From: Synechococcus sp.
Lineage (GTDB): Bacteria; Cyanobacteriota; Cyanobacteriia; PCC-6307; Cyanobiaceae
Reading direction: 5' to 3'
NCBI GenBank assembly: GCA_047285535.1
Contig: JBJBDC010000001.1
Location: forward strand, 448,136 to 512,135
DNA length: 64,000 bases
How positions within the stretch are numbered: position 1 is the stretch's first letter; every line of letters starts with the position of its first letter. The position numbers and the translations under genes were made by a program. Below the pieces are notes generated by a model, which worked only from the letters and a program-made list of their open reading frames with translations, was not told the DNA's origin and made no database searches. Below are positions 19,880 to 31,668 of this stretch, in pieces.

Positions 19880-20257
19880 TGAACTTCAGGAAGGCATGGT
19901 TACCTTCTTGGACTTCAGCCATAAATAGGCCTTAGCTGGAGTCAGCGGAGAGATTCCAATGACTCCTAACTCAACATCTCCTCGTAACGGCCATCAGTTC
20001 TGACATGGAATGGTTCACGCTCCTTCTGCTCAGGATTGAGCAACATGGCCAGCCTAAAAACTAACGAGTTCCTCAAAGTTCTAACCATGAAGCCGGTCGC
20101 GCCAGGGGAGCACAAATGTCCTCTCATCCACGTCTATTAGGGCAAGGTCAAGCTTTTCCAAAAAGCCCATCGTCCATGTGAAACCACGAAACGGAGACAA
20201 TCGACCAAGTCTCAAGTCAACACTTCAGAGTTTCAGCAGGCAATCGAAATGAACCCT

Positions 20258-20343
20258 TGAGGAAGGTTTCTTCACGGAGTGGAAACAAGGAAACATGCCT
20301 TGGGTGAAGCGCAGATGCCCTGTCTTTGGCGGGGTTTTGTTTT
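20258..20343 (+). ncRNA. yfr2: Yfr2-family sRNA
   Basis: 5' TGAGGA; GGAAACA-A-GGAAACA (20281-20295) inside a CTTCAC/GTGAAG stem; terminator hairpin and T tract. Confidence 0.7.
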
Positions 20344-21143
20344 GGCTGATGATTGGCTTAATATCAAGAAAACTATCTCATCATCAGTTTCATTGAACCA
20401 GCGGTGAGTCAGGAGCTGTCAAGACGATTGAACAGCTCAATCAAAGACCTCACTCAAACGTAACCAATCACATCAAGCTGCCATCTGCGGAGTTAACGAT
20501 TCAATCAGCCTTGACAGCAGAAGCAGAGACCACCAAAACCAACTATTGAATCAAATCTGGATTTCAATGAACTGGTTGCTGAACATCTGAAGAATGCGCT
20601 TAACGCTTGAGACAAAACTTGAAAAGAGTTTGATTGGTTTGCTTGGCAAACACTAATCTGAATTTGAAAAGTCGATCACCAGTGGACAGCACAATGCCTT
20701 GCTTTCCTTCAGCTTTGGAACAGAGACTCACGCTTGCGTCAAACGTCACGCCAAATCCTTGATGGTTGTCTCAATTAGATGACACAACTTGGAAACTTTC
20801 GCCTCCTGTCAACTCACCATCTCTGGATTCACGAGTCCACTCGTTGAACTCTCAGACACTCGCTGTGATTTTGCTCCCGGGCTCCTAGCAAACCTGCTGC
20901 AATAGTTAGTTTCAGCTTTGCTTCTGGCAAGTGATTAATAACGGGCCAATGCTGGATGGTCGATGTGATGCACGTTCTAGAGATTGAAAAGACTCCAAGC
21001 TTTCAACAATGCTTCAGGTTGATCATGTTGAGGATGGGACAGGCCTCCGGGTCAATGGCGATTGAGGGACTCCAATCGTCCCGAAGAACTCGACACCACT
21101 ACCACTGCTAGCGGATGGGCTTCTCTTCAACGTTGCGTGGTCA

Positions 21144-22238
21144 TCACGCCGGTGACGCCAACAAAGCAGCACTGGCAATCAAACCCAGATAGGTGCCTCC
21201 TAAATACCCCAAAAGGCCTAGAGCCACCGAAGGTAACGCCAATTCAGGGCGCTTGAATGAGGTAGCCAAAGCCAAAGCCGTGCTCGGGCCTCCAATCGAG
21301 GCCTGCGAAGCAACCAAGGTTTCTGCCAGGGGCCATCGGCGACACCGGCGTAACAGCAACAAACCAACAGCCTGCATCGCCACAATGAGCAAGGCATAGG
21401 TCAGGACCGGCAGACCTTCTCCGAGCAAGCCCCCCACGGGTGAGCTCAATCCGATCACAGTGAAGAACGGTTGGATGAACAACAACCCCACTTCATAACA
21501 ACCGCGGCGACTGAAACGGCCCGGGAATTGCGCAGTGATCAGAGCCACGGTGGTGAGAATCATGATTGAGGGGACTGCAGGCAACAGCAGCTCAAGAAAG
21601 CGCGATGCCGCGAGTACTCCCAACCCCCAAAGCAAAGCAAAGCCATAAACCCTCACTGGCTGTTTCGTCTGAAAGTGGTTCTGAGGTTTCGGTTCACCAG
21701 CGCCTGCCAGCTCAGGTCGTCCCCATCGCTGACCGATCCAGAGGCTGACGCCAAACCAAATTGCAAAAGCCACATGGTCAGCAGCGGTGGCGAGCAGCAG
21801 CAGCGATTTCGGCGGATTCAATGCCCTGGCAACAGAAACAAAATTGAGGCTGCCGCCGGTGAATGTGGCGGTGAACACCCCAGACAAAACACTGCGTTGC
21901 TCACCGAGCCAGGGCCCCAACAAGACTCCGCCCATCAACACAGCCATCAGGGTGAACACAACAGCAGCCACAAAGGGAGTGATCAAGCGGCGGGCATCAG
22001 GCCAAACCCTCCTGAGATCGACCGCCAGGAGTAACTGCGCAATCGCTAAAGAAGTGAGTGGTCCAGTGATCAAGCCGGCTGCTTCGCTATTCGGCTGCCA
22101 GCCTGTGATGTTGGTTACCAAGAGCCCCAACAACAGCACGACCATCGTCATGCCCAGCTTCTGACCCCAGGTGGTAGAGCGGCTCAGCCACCAGCCCAAA
22201 GCTGTCAAAAGCAGGATCATCACCACCACAAGTGCCAT
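21144..22238 (-). CDS. DUF819-type multi-pass membrane protein
   Basis: About 10 hydrophobic segments; TFTGGSLNFVSV and ASQASIGGPSTA motifs. Confidence 0.85.
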   Translation of the reverse strand: MALVVVMILLLTALGWWLSRSTTWGQKLGMTMVVLLLGLLVTNITGWQPNSEAAGLITGPLTSLAIAQLLLAVDLRRVWPDARRLITPFVAAVVFTLMAVLMGGVLLGPWLGEQRSVLSGVFTATFTGGSLNFVSVARALNPPKSLLLLATAADHVAFAIWFGVSLWIGQRWGRPELAGAGEPKPQNHFQTKQPVRVYGFALLWGLGVLAASRFLELLLPAVPSIMILTTVALITAQFPGRFSRRGCYEVGLLFIQPFFTVIGLSSPVGGLLGEGLPVLTYALLIVAMQAVGLLLLRRCRRWPLAETLVASQASIGGPSTALALATSFKRPELALPSVALGLLGYLGGTYLGLIASAALLASPA

Positions 22239-22777
22239 GGCGTCTTCACTCGAATTGATCGTTGTCCTTAAGTCAGAAATCTGAGGGTATCGTCCACAAC
22301 TGTAGGGAAGGGTTAGAGGACGGATAGAGGGTCAATGTCAGCGAGATTGAAAGGTTTGTCTTCTTCGTTTCACTGGCGGCCAATATGCCTGGCAACACAG
22401 AAGTTGTTTGCAATCATTGGAATTTCAATACCTAAGTCCTATTTCCAGTTGGTGATACTGAGAACGAACTCAACTTGCGATCAAGGTAGTGTACTTTCGA
22501 TCCGGAACTGCCGGTGCCGTAAGGAAGATCAATCCCTCGTGTAGGAGATGCCTCTGAATCGTGGAGCAGAAATTTTTTTTAAATTAGATCTTCATGTTGG
22601 AATAACCTGTCAGTCATCCAGGAATTCCTCCTGGATGATTCAATCCAGTGGCGAAGACCACGAGCTGCACTGATGTGGCGCGGAAGATCCACGGAAGTTT
22701 CACTCCCGTTGAAATCATCAGAATTTCTATCCCCGCCATGAGTCTTATCTGAGGCTTCCCAAGAGGACCCTTTCATC

Positions 22778-23029
22778 ATGTTCCATTCTTCTACAACACG
22801 GCTGTTTTTATCAGCAGCACTGTCGGCACTGATAACTCCAGCCTCTGCGATGACGAATACAACACTCCTTCAGGAAAAATTGATCAGCCCTGCTGTTTAT
22901 GAGCTTCTGAACAGCCATGGTGCCACCACCAGTGAGCAACGGTTTCAAGTCATCCGCAGGGCTTGCGCCGCAGGTCAACTTGCTCCCATTGACTGCGAAC
23001 CCTTAATTAGGCACAGATTACGCCAGTAA
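22778..23029 (+). CDS. Small secreted hypothetical protein
   Basis: Signal peptide ending PASA; one Cys pair. Confidence 0.6.
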   Translation: MFHSSTTRLFLSAALSALITPASAMTNTTLLQEKLISPAVYELLNSHGATTSEQRFQVIRRACAAGQLAPIDCEPLIRHRLRQ

Positions 23030-23152
23030 CCATGAAACCAATCAGAACGACTCCTCAATCAAATGAATGAACATGATCATTCTGAGCTGAGAGCCTTGAA
23101 CCCTGACTCACTTCAAAACCAATAATGACTCTCTCAGTCACAGAACAAGGAG

Positions 23153-23167
23153 TGATAATCATTATCG
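23153..23167. promoter_or_regulatory. Fur-family (Zur/Fur) box upstream of the metallothionein
   Basis: TGATAATCATTATCG inverted repeat about 85 nt before the ATG. Confidence 0.6.
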
Positions 23168-23251
23168 CTTTGCTGAAATCATGTAACTCTCGGGCATTTT
23201 TGCCTCGACAGATCAATCCACTGTTAGAAAGATTGTAGACGTAATCAATTC

Positions 23252-23428
23252 ATGACGACAGCAACCATGAAGTGCGCCTGCCCAAGGTGCGACTGCGAAA
23301 CGAGCGGTTCCTCTGCCGTTTTCAAAAATGGACAAAGCTTCTGCTCTGATGCCTGTGCAAGCGGCCATCCCAACAATGAGCCATGCCATGACAAGGCTGG
23401 CGCTTGTGGCTGCACTTGTGGTGGATAA
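23252..23428 (+). CDS. smtA: Bacterial metallothionein (58 aa; absent from the ORF track)
   Basis: MTTATMKCACPRCDCETSGSSAVFKNGQSFCSDACASGHPNNEPCHDKAGACGCTCGG. Confidence 0.92.
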   Translation: MTTATMKCACPRCDCETSGSSAVFKNGQSFCSDACASGHPNNEPCHDKAGACGCTCGG

Positions 23429-23569
23429 CCAAAGGGATTCAACCCACCACTTCATGCACAGGCCAGGATGCGTCGAACCTTAATTGCTGGTATGCCCAGC
23501 GGTATGCCAATGGCTCCGCATCCCAAGCAGTCCGTGTAACTATCAGTTTATTAGATCAATAATCTAGAC

Positions 23570-23758
23570 ATGCAGGAATGGACGGATGAATTCATAACCC
23601 AGGCTCAGCAGGAGCTTGTCAGCATGGTCAAAGACTGGAAATATGATTATGGAGCTGATGACAAGGCATGCTCAGCAATGCTTTTGTGGATGGTTCTGAA
23701 GCTCAATCCAAATGCTGAAATTGATGCAGCGTTGATTCAGCCATTGGATCGCGCGTAG
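23570..23758 (+). CDS. Conserved picocyanobacterial hypothetical protein
   Basis: MQEWTDEFITQAQQELVSMVKDWKYDYGADD pattern. Confidence 0.7.
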   Translation: MQEWTDEFITQAQQELVSMVKDWKYDYGADDKACSAMLLWMVLKLNPNAEIDAALIQPLDRA

Positions 23759-24583
23759 GCAAAGCGCAGGTTGCAATGGGCAACAGTCTTCTCTTCTCAG
23801 GAGTCGACGCGTAAGGTCGAGCATAAAGGCATGATCTATGCAGCTGAACGTCTGTTCGATGCAGTCATCGGCCATGGAATGCATGATGTCTTCGTCGTGA
23901 CGAGCAGCTCACTGCCTCGGTCCTATAACGTGACATCTGAGTGCTGCTGATGAATCAACGACGGCGCCTATCTGAAGCGCTCGCTCAGGCAAGAATCAAG
24001 CCCTTTCATGCATCTGAGACTTCAGATTGCTGATGACGTCAATCCACTAGTTGTTAGACAACATTCTTCATTATCGGTAAATATAGTTTTTTATTCTCTA
24101 CTCATACACTACAAAATCTGAATGTGTCAAATGAAGCAGGCATCGGCCTTTTAACTGCTTCAGTTTTGGTTTGAAGCTAAGCCCTCAGTCATGCTCTGAT
24201 ATTGCACTGCATCAGTTCTCGAGATCGCTGTATTGCTGAAACCACCCCCTGCAAGCAAACTTTCAAGTTGAGGGTACAAGACCATGGAGTGATCAGCGTT
24301 AGTCTGAAGATTTTGGCCTAGCCAATCTTTGGATTTAGGGCCCATTGGAAGCAGCATCAACACCAAATCAGCTAGACATCTGTGGCTTTTAACACTTGCT
24401 TTTGGAGAGTTTATTGGTTCTTGACTTGGAGTTAAGGCGAATATCAATTTTGATGATTACGTGACCTTCAGCAGGGATCAATCCCCAGGATGAGTTCTCA
24501 AACATCTGTTGGGGCGGAGGTTTGTTAATGACAGTGAATTGAGCCACAGCCTCTCGTTTTCGCTGAGAGGTTAAAGAAAGACC

Positions 24584-25492
24584 TTAAATTCTCATGAAGC
24601 TTTCAATACGAGGCCCTACTTTTGTTTTAAGTGCATATACCGAAGTGCTAGCTGTTACAAATAATGTATGCCAATCCGTTCCACCCCAATGAAGATTGGC
24701 GGTGTGCTCTGGGATTTGAATAACGCCTAACTTCTCACCTTTTGGGTTGAAAATCCAGAGACCATTTGGCCCAGTGACCCAAATATTTCCGTATTCATCA
24801 CACTTCATGCCATCGGGAACTCCTCCCTCGAAAGTCCCATCTCCTATATTTTCCGCAAAACGTGTTTTGTCATAAAGGCTTCCATCAGGAGCGACCTTAT
24901 AGACGTCGATCAAGGCCTTTGGTGAATCATTGATATAGAACAATGACTCGTCTGGTGAGAAGCACAAACCATTGGGCTGCTGATAGCAATCTTTCTCGAC
25001 AAGAAGCTCTAGCTCTCCTGGAGTCTTTAAGCGGAAAACACCTTGAAAGTCCAGTTCCTGCGCGCGCTCCTCCCCCGACCAGGGCATGCGTCCATAAGCC
25101 GGATCAGAAAAATAAATGGATCCATCAGATCGGATACAGACATCATTTGGACTATTGAGCTCCTTCCCATCAAAGTGGGACGCCAACACCTCTCGATGTC
25201 CATCTCCCCCTTCCAATACCAGTGACGAACTTAGGTGTTCGCAAACCAAAAGATTCAAATTAGAGTCATAGGTCATTCCATTACATTTTTCTGATGGGTT
25301 ACGCACTTCTAGAGTCGTTCCATCTAGGGAGTATTGAAAGCGTACGTTCCCAGGTATATCCGAGAACAGAAGGTGATGATCGCGAGGATGCCAGATCGGT
25401 CCCTCGGTGAACTCAAAGCCGGATGCAACACGCTCGATTTGAACCTCTTTGTCAATGAGGTCCCACATCCGATTTGAAAAAACCTTGATCAT
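24584..25492 (-). CDS. SMP-30/gluconolactonase family protein
   Basis: FTEGPIW, LNSPND, PNGLCFSPDE and PDGMKCD motifs. Confidence 0.92.
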   Translation of the reverse strand: MIKVFSNRMWDLIDKEVQIERVASGFEFTEGPIWHPRDHHLLFSDIPGNVRFQYSLDGTTLEVRNPSEKCNGMTYDSNLNLLVCEHLSSSLVLEGGDGHREVLASHFDGKELNSPNDVCIRSDGSIYFSDPAYGRMPWSGEERAQELDFQGVFRLKTPGELELLVEKDCYQQPNGLCFSPDESLFYINDSPKALIDVYKVAPDGSLYDKTRFAENIGDGTFEGGVPDGMKCDEYGNIWVTGPNGLWIFNPKGEKLGVIQIPEHTANLHWGGTDWHTLFVTASTSVYALKTKVGPRIESFMRI

Positions 25493-26250
25493 AAAATTGA
25501 CTCCTGCCTATACCCAATGGTGGCGCTTTTCTTTTGGTGGCCAACTGCGAGGGAGCAGCTTTGCGTAGCGGCTGTTGGTTTTAGCCTAAAACCGAAACAC
25601 GAAATAATTTAAGACCATAGCGTCTAGAGCGGTTGGTTTTTAGGACTGAATAGTCTTAATCAGTAAAAAAGCTAAGGTGATCGTAGAGACCTCCGCCGTC
25701 TTTCACTAAATTTATGGAACTAAACATTGGTCTGTTTGTTATCTTTAAAGCTACAGCTAGCAACCTCATTGCAGTACTATTGGATTGCGTTGTTCAAATC
25801 TCCTGGAATCTCTAAAAATAGTATTGATTTCTAGAGGCATCGAATTGAGATTCGAATTGTTTTGCCTTCAATCGAGATAGCTTGCATGGGATTTGATCGC
25901 CTTTCTCCATTCGAATCTTTGTCGATATTGGGAAATCGTTGACCTGATTGTCTCTTGCTGATGATGCCGAAATGCCTGTGACTATCTTTCTACTTTAGGT
26001 ACTTATCTTGGAGTTCATGATGCTGATGGTTAGAAGGCTTGGCTTGCGAATGCCATTAAACTACTTGGAAGTGACGTAGCAGACGAAAGTCCAAGGCAAG
26101 TCTGTTCTAACAATCGTCAGATGAAAAAGGAATGGGAAGATATTCAGCTAAGCATAGGCCATCCACCATAAAAACAAGAATTTGTTAATTCTTGACAGAG
26201 GTGATCAGTATTGAAAATCTGTATACGGCTTCAACCTACAGCTATGAATC

Positions 26251-26474
26251 ATGCGAATGATTTCTGACTTGATTTTCCCTCCTCTGTCCCTCTTCTCGCT
26301 CAGCCTCCGTCGAAGCCTGCCTTCATTGGTGTTGATCTAGACGGTAACGGCTAAATCAGTCTTTCAAAAGCCTATAAAGCTCGAGTTTCTAAAACTGCTT
26401 TCAGAAGAGCTGATCTCGACAGAAGTGGATTCCTGACGTTTGATGAATACGAGTTGATGAATTCGATTGGTTGA
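26251..26474 (+). pseudogene. EF-hand protein pseudogene
   Basis: DLDGNG*ISLS and DLDRSGFLTFDEY loops; TAA at 26352-26354; frameshifted N-terminus. Confidence 0.7.
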
Positions 26475-27284
26475 TGCTGCTCCTGAATGGGCTGGGTGGG
26501 AAGGAATGATCCCTCGGGCATGCAGGTCTACCATCCATCCCGACTGTTAGCTTTGTGAAAACCCGAGAAGACACGCACAAAGGTTTTCCAAACCTAGTGG
26601 GTTCTTATGAATACATCATTTTGTAACACAGTACCCTTGGACATAAGTGATCAAGCTTATTGCAGTCTAAAGGAGCCAAGACAGATTTTTCTTTGAATTA
26701 TCTAGCGAACAAGGCTTAGTCACTTCTCAGTCCTTCAGCATCAATTCATGTGATCTCACTGAAGGTTTTAGTCTCGAACTCATCACGTATCAGGTTTGAA
26801 TTCACAGGATTCATTGATTGTCTCCTGCTCGGTTTTAATCATGGTGATCACACAATCCACTGATGGGTGACGCACCTTGAGGACTGATGCCTACGTCCGC
26901 TGCAGAGTGCCAGTACTCTTCAACTACAGAACAATGCCGTGGAGGGGCCATGGGTTTTGAGAATGAAAGGGCTCTGGAGAATTGACAAAGAGCCCAAATC
27001 GGTTTGACCTTCAGCACATCACCCAAGCGCGGATCTTCATTGCCGAACGATTTTTGGCCTGCCACCTCCACCCGCGATAGCTCCGTCATGGCGGTCATCT
27101 GAACAAGCACTGCTCCTACGGGCACAACCATGGACAAAGGAAGCAGCGTGCGCATCCGAGAAGGAGCGATCAAGACCCAGATACCCTTTATAGTTTCCGA
27201 GAAGATTAAGAAAGATTGCGACAGCGGCCTAAAGCATGGGTCATTACACCTATTTAATGAAGTTGAGTAAACAGAGCTGGCATA

Positions 27285-27470
27285 ATGGGCCAATTGAAAA
27301 GTTTCGAAACGTTGGAACTTCAGATTCCCTTTAGATTCTTTGGATCGTTGTTGGTGGGTTCAACCCTGCTTTTTATGGCAAGTTCAAAAAAAGAGATAGT
27401 ACTGCTTGGAAGCACATTCCTCTTTGGCTATGGAGCTTTAGAACTTGCTTTGCACTTCGGCGGTTACTAA
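27285..27470 (+). CDS. Small two-helix membrane protein
   Basis: Two hydrophobic segments in a 61-aa ORF. Confidence 0.55.
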   Translation: MGQLKSFETLELQIPFRFFGSLLVGSTLLFMASSKKEIVLLGSTFLFGYGALELALHFGGY

Positions 27471-27610
27471 GACTTCCCGTCTCAAAAGACAAAATCAGAA
27501 TTATTTAGTTCAGCTCTAAGCTTTTCTGAGGTGTGGTTATTCCTTTATCTGCGTTCGGTGGAGACTTGTGTGCTGATCAAGACCAGCTCGACACGATCAC
27601 GGTCAGTACT

Positions 27611-27940
27611 TTAGGCAGTTTGAACAGCTGCATCATCAACCCACTCGTCGTAATGATGCAGTCGACGTCAACGCTGTGACCAATTTCAGCTGCTGCAGGC
27701 CTGATCAACATGCTTTAGATCAGGACGATCGGTATTTAAGGCCTGGCGAAATGATTTTCCACTGAGTCGACCTGCAGTGGCTTTGATTGACTTCTTATGC
27801 CGTGGTTCCCAGTACTTCCTTCTTAGGTTTGTGTTCGTTGAGGTTGCAGGGAGGTCATTTTTCCTTCCCATCGTTAACAGTTCGAGAAGGCAGCTGGAGA
27901 GTTCGAACCACCTCCCTGTACTTAGGCCAGGCAGACACAC
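27611..27940 (-). mobile_element. Tyrosine integrase C-terminal remnant
   Basis: Across frameshifts: LRRKYW...SGKSFRQA...AAAEIGHSVDV..HHYDEWVDDAAV, matching the RH..GH..Y catalytic region. Confidence 0.55.
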
Positions 27941-28341
27941 TGCAGTCAGGGCTTTGACTGTTCGCTTGGGTGACGTTTCACTTGCGGGGCATTTCTAATT
28001 CTCAATCAGAAAGACTTTCCTATCAGGGCGGCGGTTTTGCAATTGAATTGGCTGCAATCCGATGAAGCCGCATAAGCTCCATCTTGACTCGGGGAATTCA
28101 ATCAAATGAGCGATCAATCTACCATCAACAGGATGAGAAGAAGATGGAACGCCCTACCTTTCTTGGGTGAGGAGGACTGCTGTTTGATGATTTTACCTAG
28201 AGATGTTTGAATTCATCAGCAACGAAACCATTTTCAGTAGATCGCATTTTAAGTATTGCTTAATACATCTGCTTGTAGCGTTGATAGCTCGCTTTTTGGA
28301 AAGCTAAGTAATATTTTTGAAAGCAACGGTCTTCACATTCC

Positions 28342-28638
28342 ATGAATGACATCGAAGCATTTCGCAAACAGTTAATCGATGCAAATTCTAGCAATGAAAC
28401 TGACGTCATTAACAAATTCACTTCCGATCACCAGAGTGGCTTGATATACGTAGATCTGTTCGTTGCTCATCAAGCCTTAGACAGACTCACTAAAAACCTT
28501 GAAAAGCAGTTAGAAAAAGAACGAAGCAATGATTTTCTTATCCATTATGCACAACTTCGAGGTGAGTTATATTCTTATTTGAATGGACTATCGCTCCTTC
28601 TCCAGGATTATGATGATGCAATTGAGACAATTGCATAA
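28342..28638 (+). CDS. Hypothetical helical protein (98 aa)
   Basis: Clean ATG ORF with protein-like composition. Confidence 0.6.
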   Translation: MNDIEAFRKQLIDANSSNETDVINKFTSDHQSGLIYVDLFVAHQALDRLTKNLEKQLEKERSNDFLIHYAQLRGELYSYLNGLSLLLQDYDDAIETIA

Positions 28639-28687
28639 ATCTTCTCCATGCATTCTCATCCTAATAGCCTATAACCTTGCCAAACTG

Positions 28688-28891
28688 ATGGAAACACAAA
28701 AACATCATCATCAACCCGCAGTTTTTGATGCACAGGAAGAATATCTTTGCAGATCAGACCTGCGCCTACGCAAAGCATCTAACGCGCTGAGTCGCCCTGA
28801 TGAAAACCCGCTCGAACATCAGCTATGCAAGGAACTTATTGACAGTGGTATTGATTTAATCAGCTGGAGTGAATTGATAGGAAGGAAATAA
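28688..28891 (+). CDS. Hypothetical protein (67 aa)
   Basis: METQKHHHQPAVFDAQEEY...; follows 28342-28638 on the same strand. Confidence 0.55.
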   Translation: METQKHHHQPAVFDAQEEYLCRSDLRLRKASNALSRPDENPLEHQLCKELIDSGIDLISWSELIGRK

Positions 28892-29929
28892 ATAAAGATA
28901 CAATTAACAAATACAATATTTACGACAGGAAAATGTATATCGCTTATCTTGTTTGTCTGATTGTTGATCCATTTCCCCCTACCATGCTACGTATTGTATA
29001 ACTGTTGATGGATGGATCGATGAAGTCTTTGTGGATGAGACTTAGAGCACTATCGATGCATCCTTTGGCCTAGGGTTTGCAACATAACATCAAATTGCTA
29101 CTCGCTGTGGTCTAGCCAGATTTTGGTCAATCAGGCATTGGCGTCAGCCACTACCTCAATCACAGAGACCGTCTGCTGGGGATTGACTTCAGCAAAACAT
29201 CATTTTGTGGATCCTTTCTGCTCGTCCAATGTGATCCTCTGGCATTTCTGCAGGAATAATTGCTCAACCATCCTCCTACACACGAAATGACAATGTTCAT
29301 CTACAAAGACTTTTCCTACGACGAAATCTTGACTTGCCCAGATCCCACAGGAGACTTCATGAGCAATGTCAATGTCAGACTACGCTTCTTGCATTAGTCC
29401 TGCATTAGTTTGTAATTAATCCGTGCTCCATTGCGCTGCAAAGACAAGCAGGCATTACCATTGAAGAATGGTCGGTGATTCACAGATTCTGAAGGCTTAA
29501 AGTTAATCCCTGCTGCTAATGCCTCATCTGCAGCTTCAGCAATTTGGACTACAAAACCGGAGTCAGTCTCCCCTTCCCAAATTTGGAAAAATCTTCATAG
29601 CAGATCACATCAGTGACGCCTGCAAAACACAAGTGACTGTTGATGTACAGCCTTATTGTCATCCGATTTGTATTCAATTGAGGGAGCGTGCGGTTATTGA
29701 TATCCTCAGCGGCATAGCCTTCCTTGCAGACGCATTTCAATTAGTCACACTAAGGCAAATGGGCAAGATCATAAGCTGCTATTGGAGCTGATAGCCATTC
29801 ATGATGGATGGACAGAGTATTAAGACTCAGATACGATCAGCGTTTACATTTGTCGTGCCTCTTGGTAGTGAATAATCCCATTCTCATTTCAAGGGAGGTT
29901 AGAATTTATTTGTAAATAAATCATAAATC

Positions 29930-30091
29930 ATGGATTTACGTCTTGTTGAATTGCTTGGAAAATATCAGGCAGAAGAACTTGAAGCAATAGAAAGATGGTT
30001 TAAGCATACGCAGCCATTAGCACTTGAAATAATGGGTGGCATGAAGATTGCTAGGGGAGCCGTGCTCAACGAGGACAGAGATTCTAAATAA
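29930..30091 (+). CDS. Small hypothetical protein (53 aa)
   Basis: MDLRLVELLGKYQAEELEAIERWFKH...; read manually. Confidence 0.5.
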   Translation: MDLRLVELLGKYQAEELEAIERWFKHTQPLALEIMGGMKIARGAVLNEDRDSK

Positions 30092-30482
30092 ATCATAGAG
30101 GCATTGTCATTTCTTGCTGAGATAAGCTATATGGCTTTCTTTTTAATTTGATTCTTTTTGGATATAGAATCTATACACTCTTTAACTGTTGGGCCATCAA
30201 TGAATTCCTATCTTTTAATGATAGTTTTCTTGTATTGATTCCTTGCTGTTTAATCAGTGCGGCTATGGCAGCTTCTAAAAATCAATGATTTTGGTTCTGG
30301 CTACTCACTGGACTGCTATTTGTGGCTAGTGGTCTGATTGCATCTGCTTGTGCCAAAGATAGAGGTTTATAGTCTAATTAAAATCTTTTCTTTCGTTTGT
30401 TGCTGTCTCTTCTTTCCTTTTAGCCTGAACGTTTATTCTTGATCTTGCTGTTCAACACATAGATATTGAGTTTCAAAGTTTA

Positions 30483-31220
30483 CTAGTTGATTGAGATTGT
30501 TGTTCTTAAAATTAGAATTGATATCCATGCTATGCCAGGTATTATTATAGAAAGAGTGAGGATCCAGATCTTCAGAGTCATACCAGTAGGCTTAGAGTAA
30601 AGAAGTTTTTCCACAGATGTTGTTTTGCTGTATCGCAAGTGATCAGAAATAGACATTATTAGCCTGTTGGCTATTAGTTTTTCTTGCCAGTTAAGTCCAT
30701 ATCTTGGATATTTCTGGTATAGAGGTACATCACCTGATTGCTTCCCTGGTAACACGCGAGTTGATTCGCCAGGTGGAATATCATATCCAAATTTTGTCAT
30801 ATATTCTTCACAGTTTAAGATGAAATCTATGAAATAGATGAACCCTTTTTCAGCTATTAAAATCGACAATGCTAATTTTTCTTGCTCATTGTATGCGTTT
30901 CTTCCTAGTGCTCTGGCCATAACTTGTTCGACTAGACGATAGTTGTTATTGCATTCAATATAACCTCTTCTGAAACGGTCTGAAAGAAATAAACCACGCA
31001 CAAAATCACGTACTGTTATTGATTTATTGCGTAATTGTGATTCTAGGTAGAACTCGCGATCTCTCGATGTTATGTGAAAAAATATTTGTCTATAACATTT
31101 TTCTATAAAAGTATCACTTTCCTGCTCTTTAATTGCTTCTTGTCCCTTTTCAGGTAGGCCTTCAACCCTTGAATTTTGTGCTGATCTTGGATAGTATCTC
31201 AGAGGAAGTGACATAGACAT
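30483..31220 (-). CDS. cpcL: Phycobilisome rod-membrane linker CpcL (CpcG2-type)
   Basis: LPLRYYPRSAQNSRV, YRQIFFH, LESQLRN.SITVRDFVRGL linker motifs plus a C-terminal hydrophobic helix. Confidence 0.85.
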   Translation of the reverse strand: MSMSLPLRYYPRSAQNSRVEGLPEKGQEAIKEQESDTFIEKCYRQIFFHITSRDREFYLESQLRNKSITVRDFVRGLFLSDRFRRGYIECNNNYRLVEQVMARALGRNAYNEQEKLALSILIAEKGFIYFIDFILNCEEYMTKFGYDIPPGESTRVLPGKQSGDVPLYQKYPRYGLNWQEKLIANRLIMSISDHLRYSKTTSVEKLLYSKPTGMTLKIWILTLSIIIPGIAWISILILRTTISIN

Positions 31221-31313
31221 GAGTCTTGAATAGTGTGTAAAATTTTAAGCATTTACCATTATGCTTTAGTGATTTATTGGACACATGTAGACGTATAAAT
31301 GTAGTCCATGAGT

Positions 31314-31329
31314 TATGAAATTGGTCACA
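31314..31329. promoter_or_regulatory. CRP-type box upstream of cpcL
   Basis: TATGA-AATTGG-TCACA (one mismatch). Confidence 0.4.
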
Positions 31330-31668
31330 ATTCTTAGTTTCTGGTTTTAAGTTGATTCGCTATTTACTTGCTTGAGATTTTTCTGGCTTGCGATTTTAGA
31401 TAGCCACAAGAATGTCTGGCATTTTTGAAGAATCAATAGATACCTCTAGGCTGTATTTGGCGATGAGGCTGTTGGTGTTTCGGGTAAATCCCATGCAATG
31501 TATTAATGTAGGTTTTAAATAATGTATTGTGTTATCTTTTGGGGTTTGGGATTTTGTCTCTTATTTCTTTATTTATAGTCTAGTCATGTGATAATACTTT
31601 TAAGAAGTGGCAATCAACTAGTCCTGCTGTTTGAGGTTGAAGCTACCATGACTTTATTCTTAAGGGAC

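Noticed and set aside
23213..23455. Minus-strand ORFs 23213-23455 and 23245-23442
   Set aside because: Shadows of the plus-strand metallothionein.
26960..27250. Possible integrase fragment (HLHPR*LRHG)
   Set aside because: Single short motif with no correctly spaced downstream catalytic residues.
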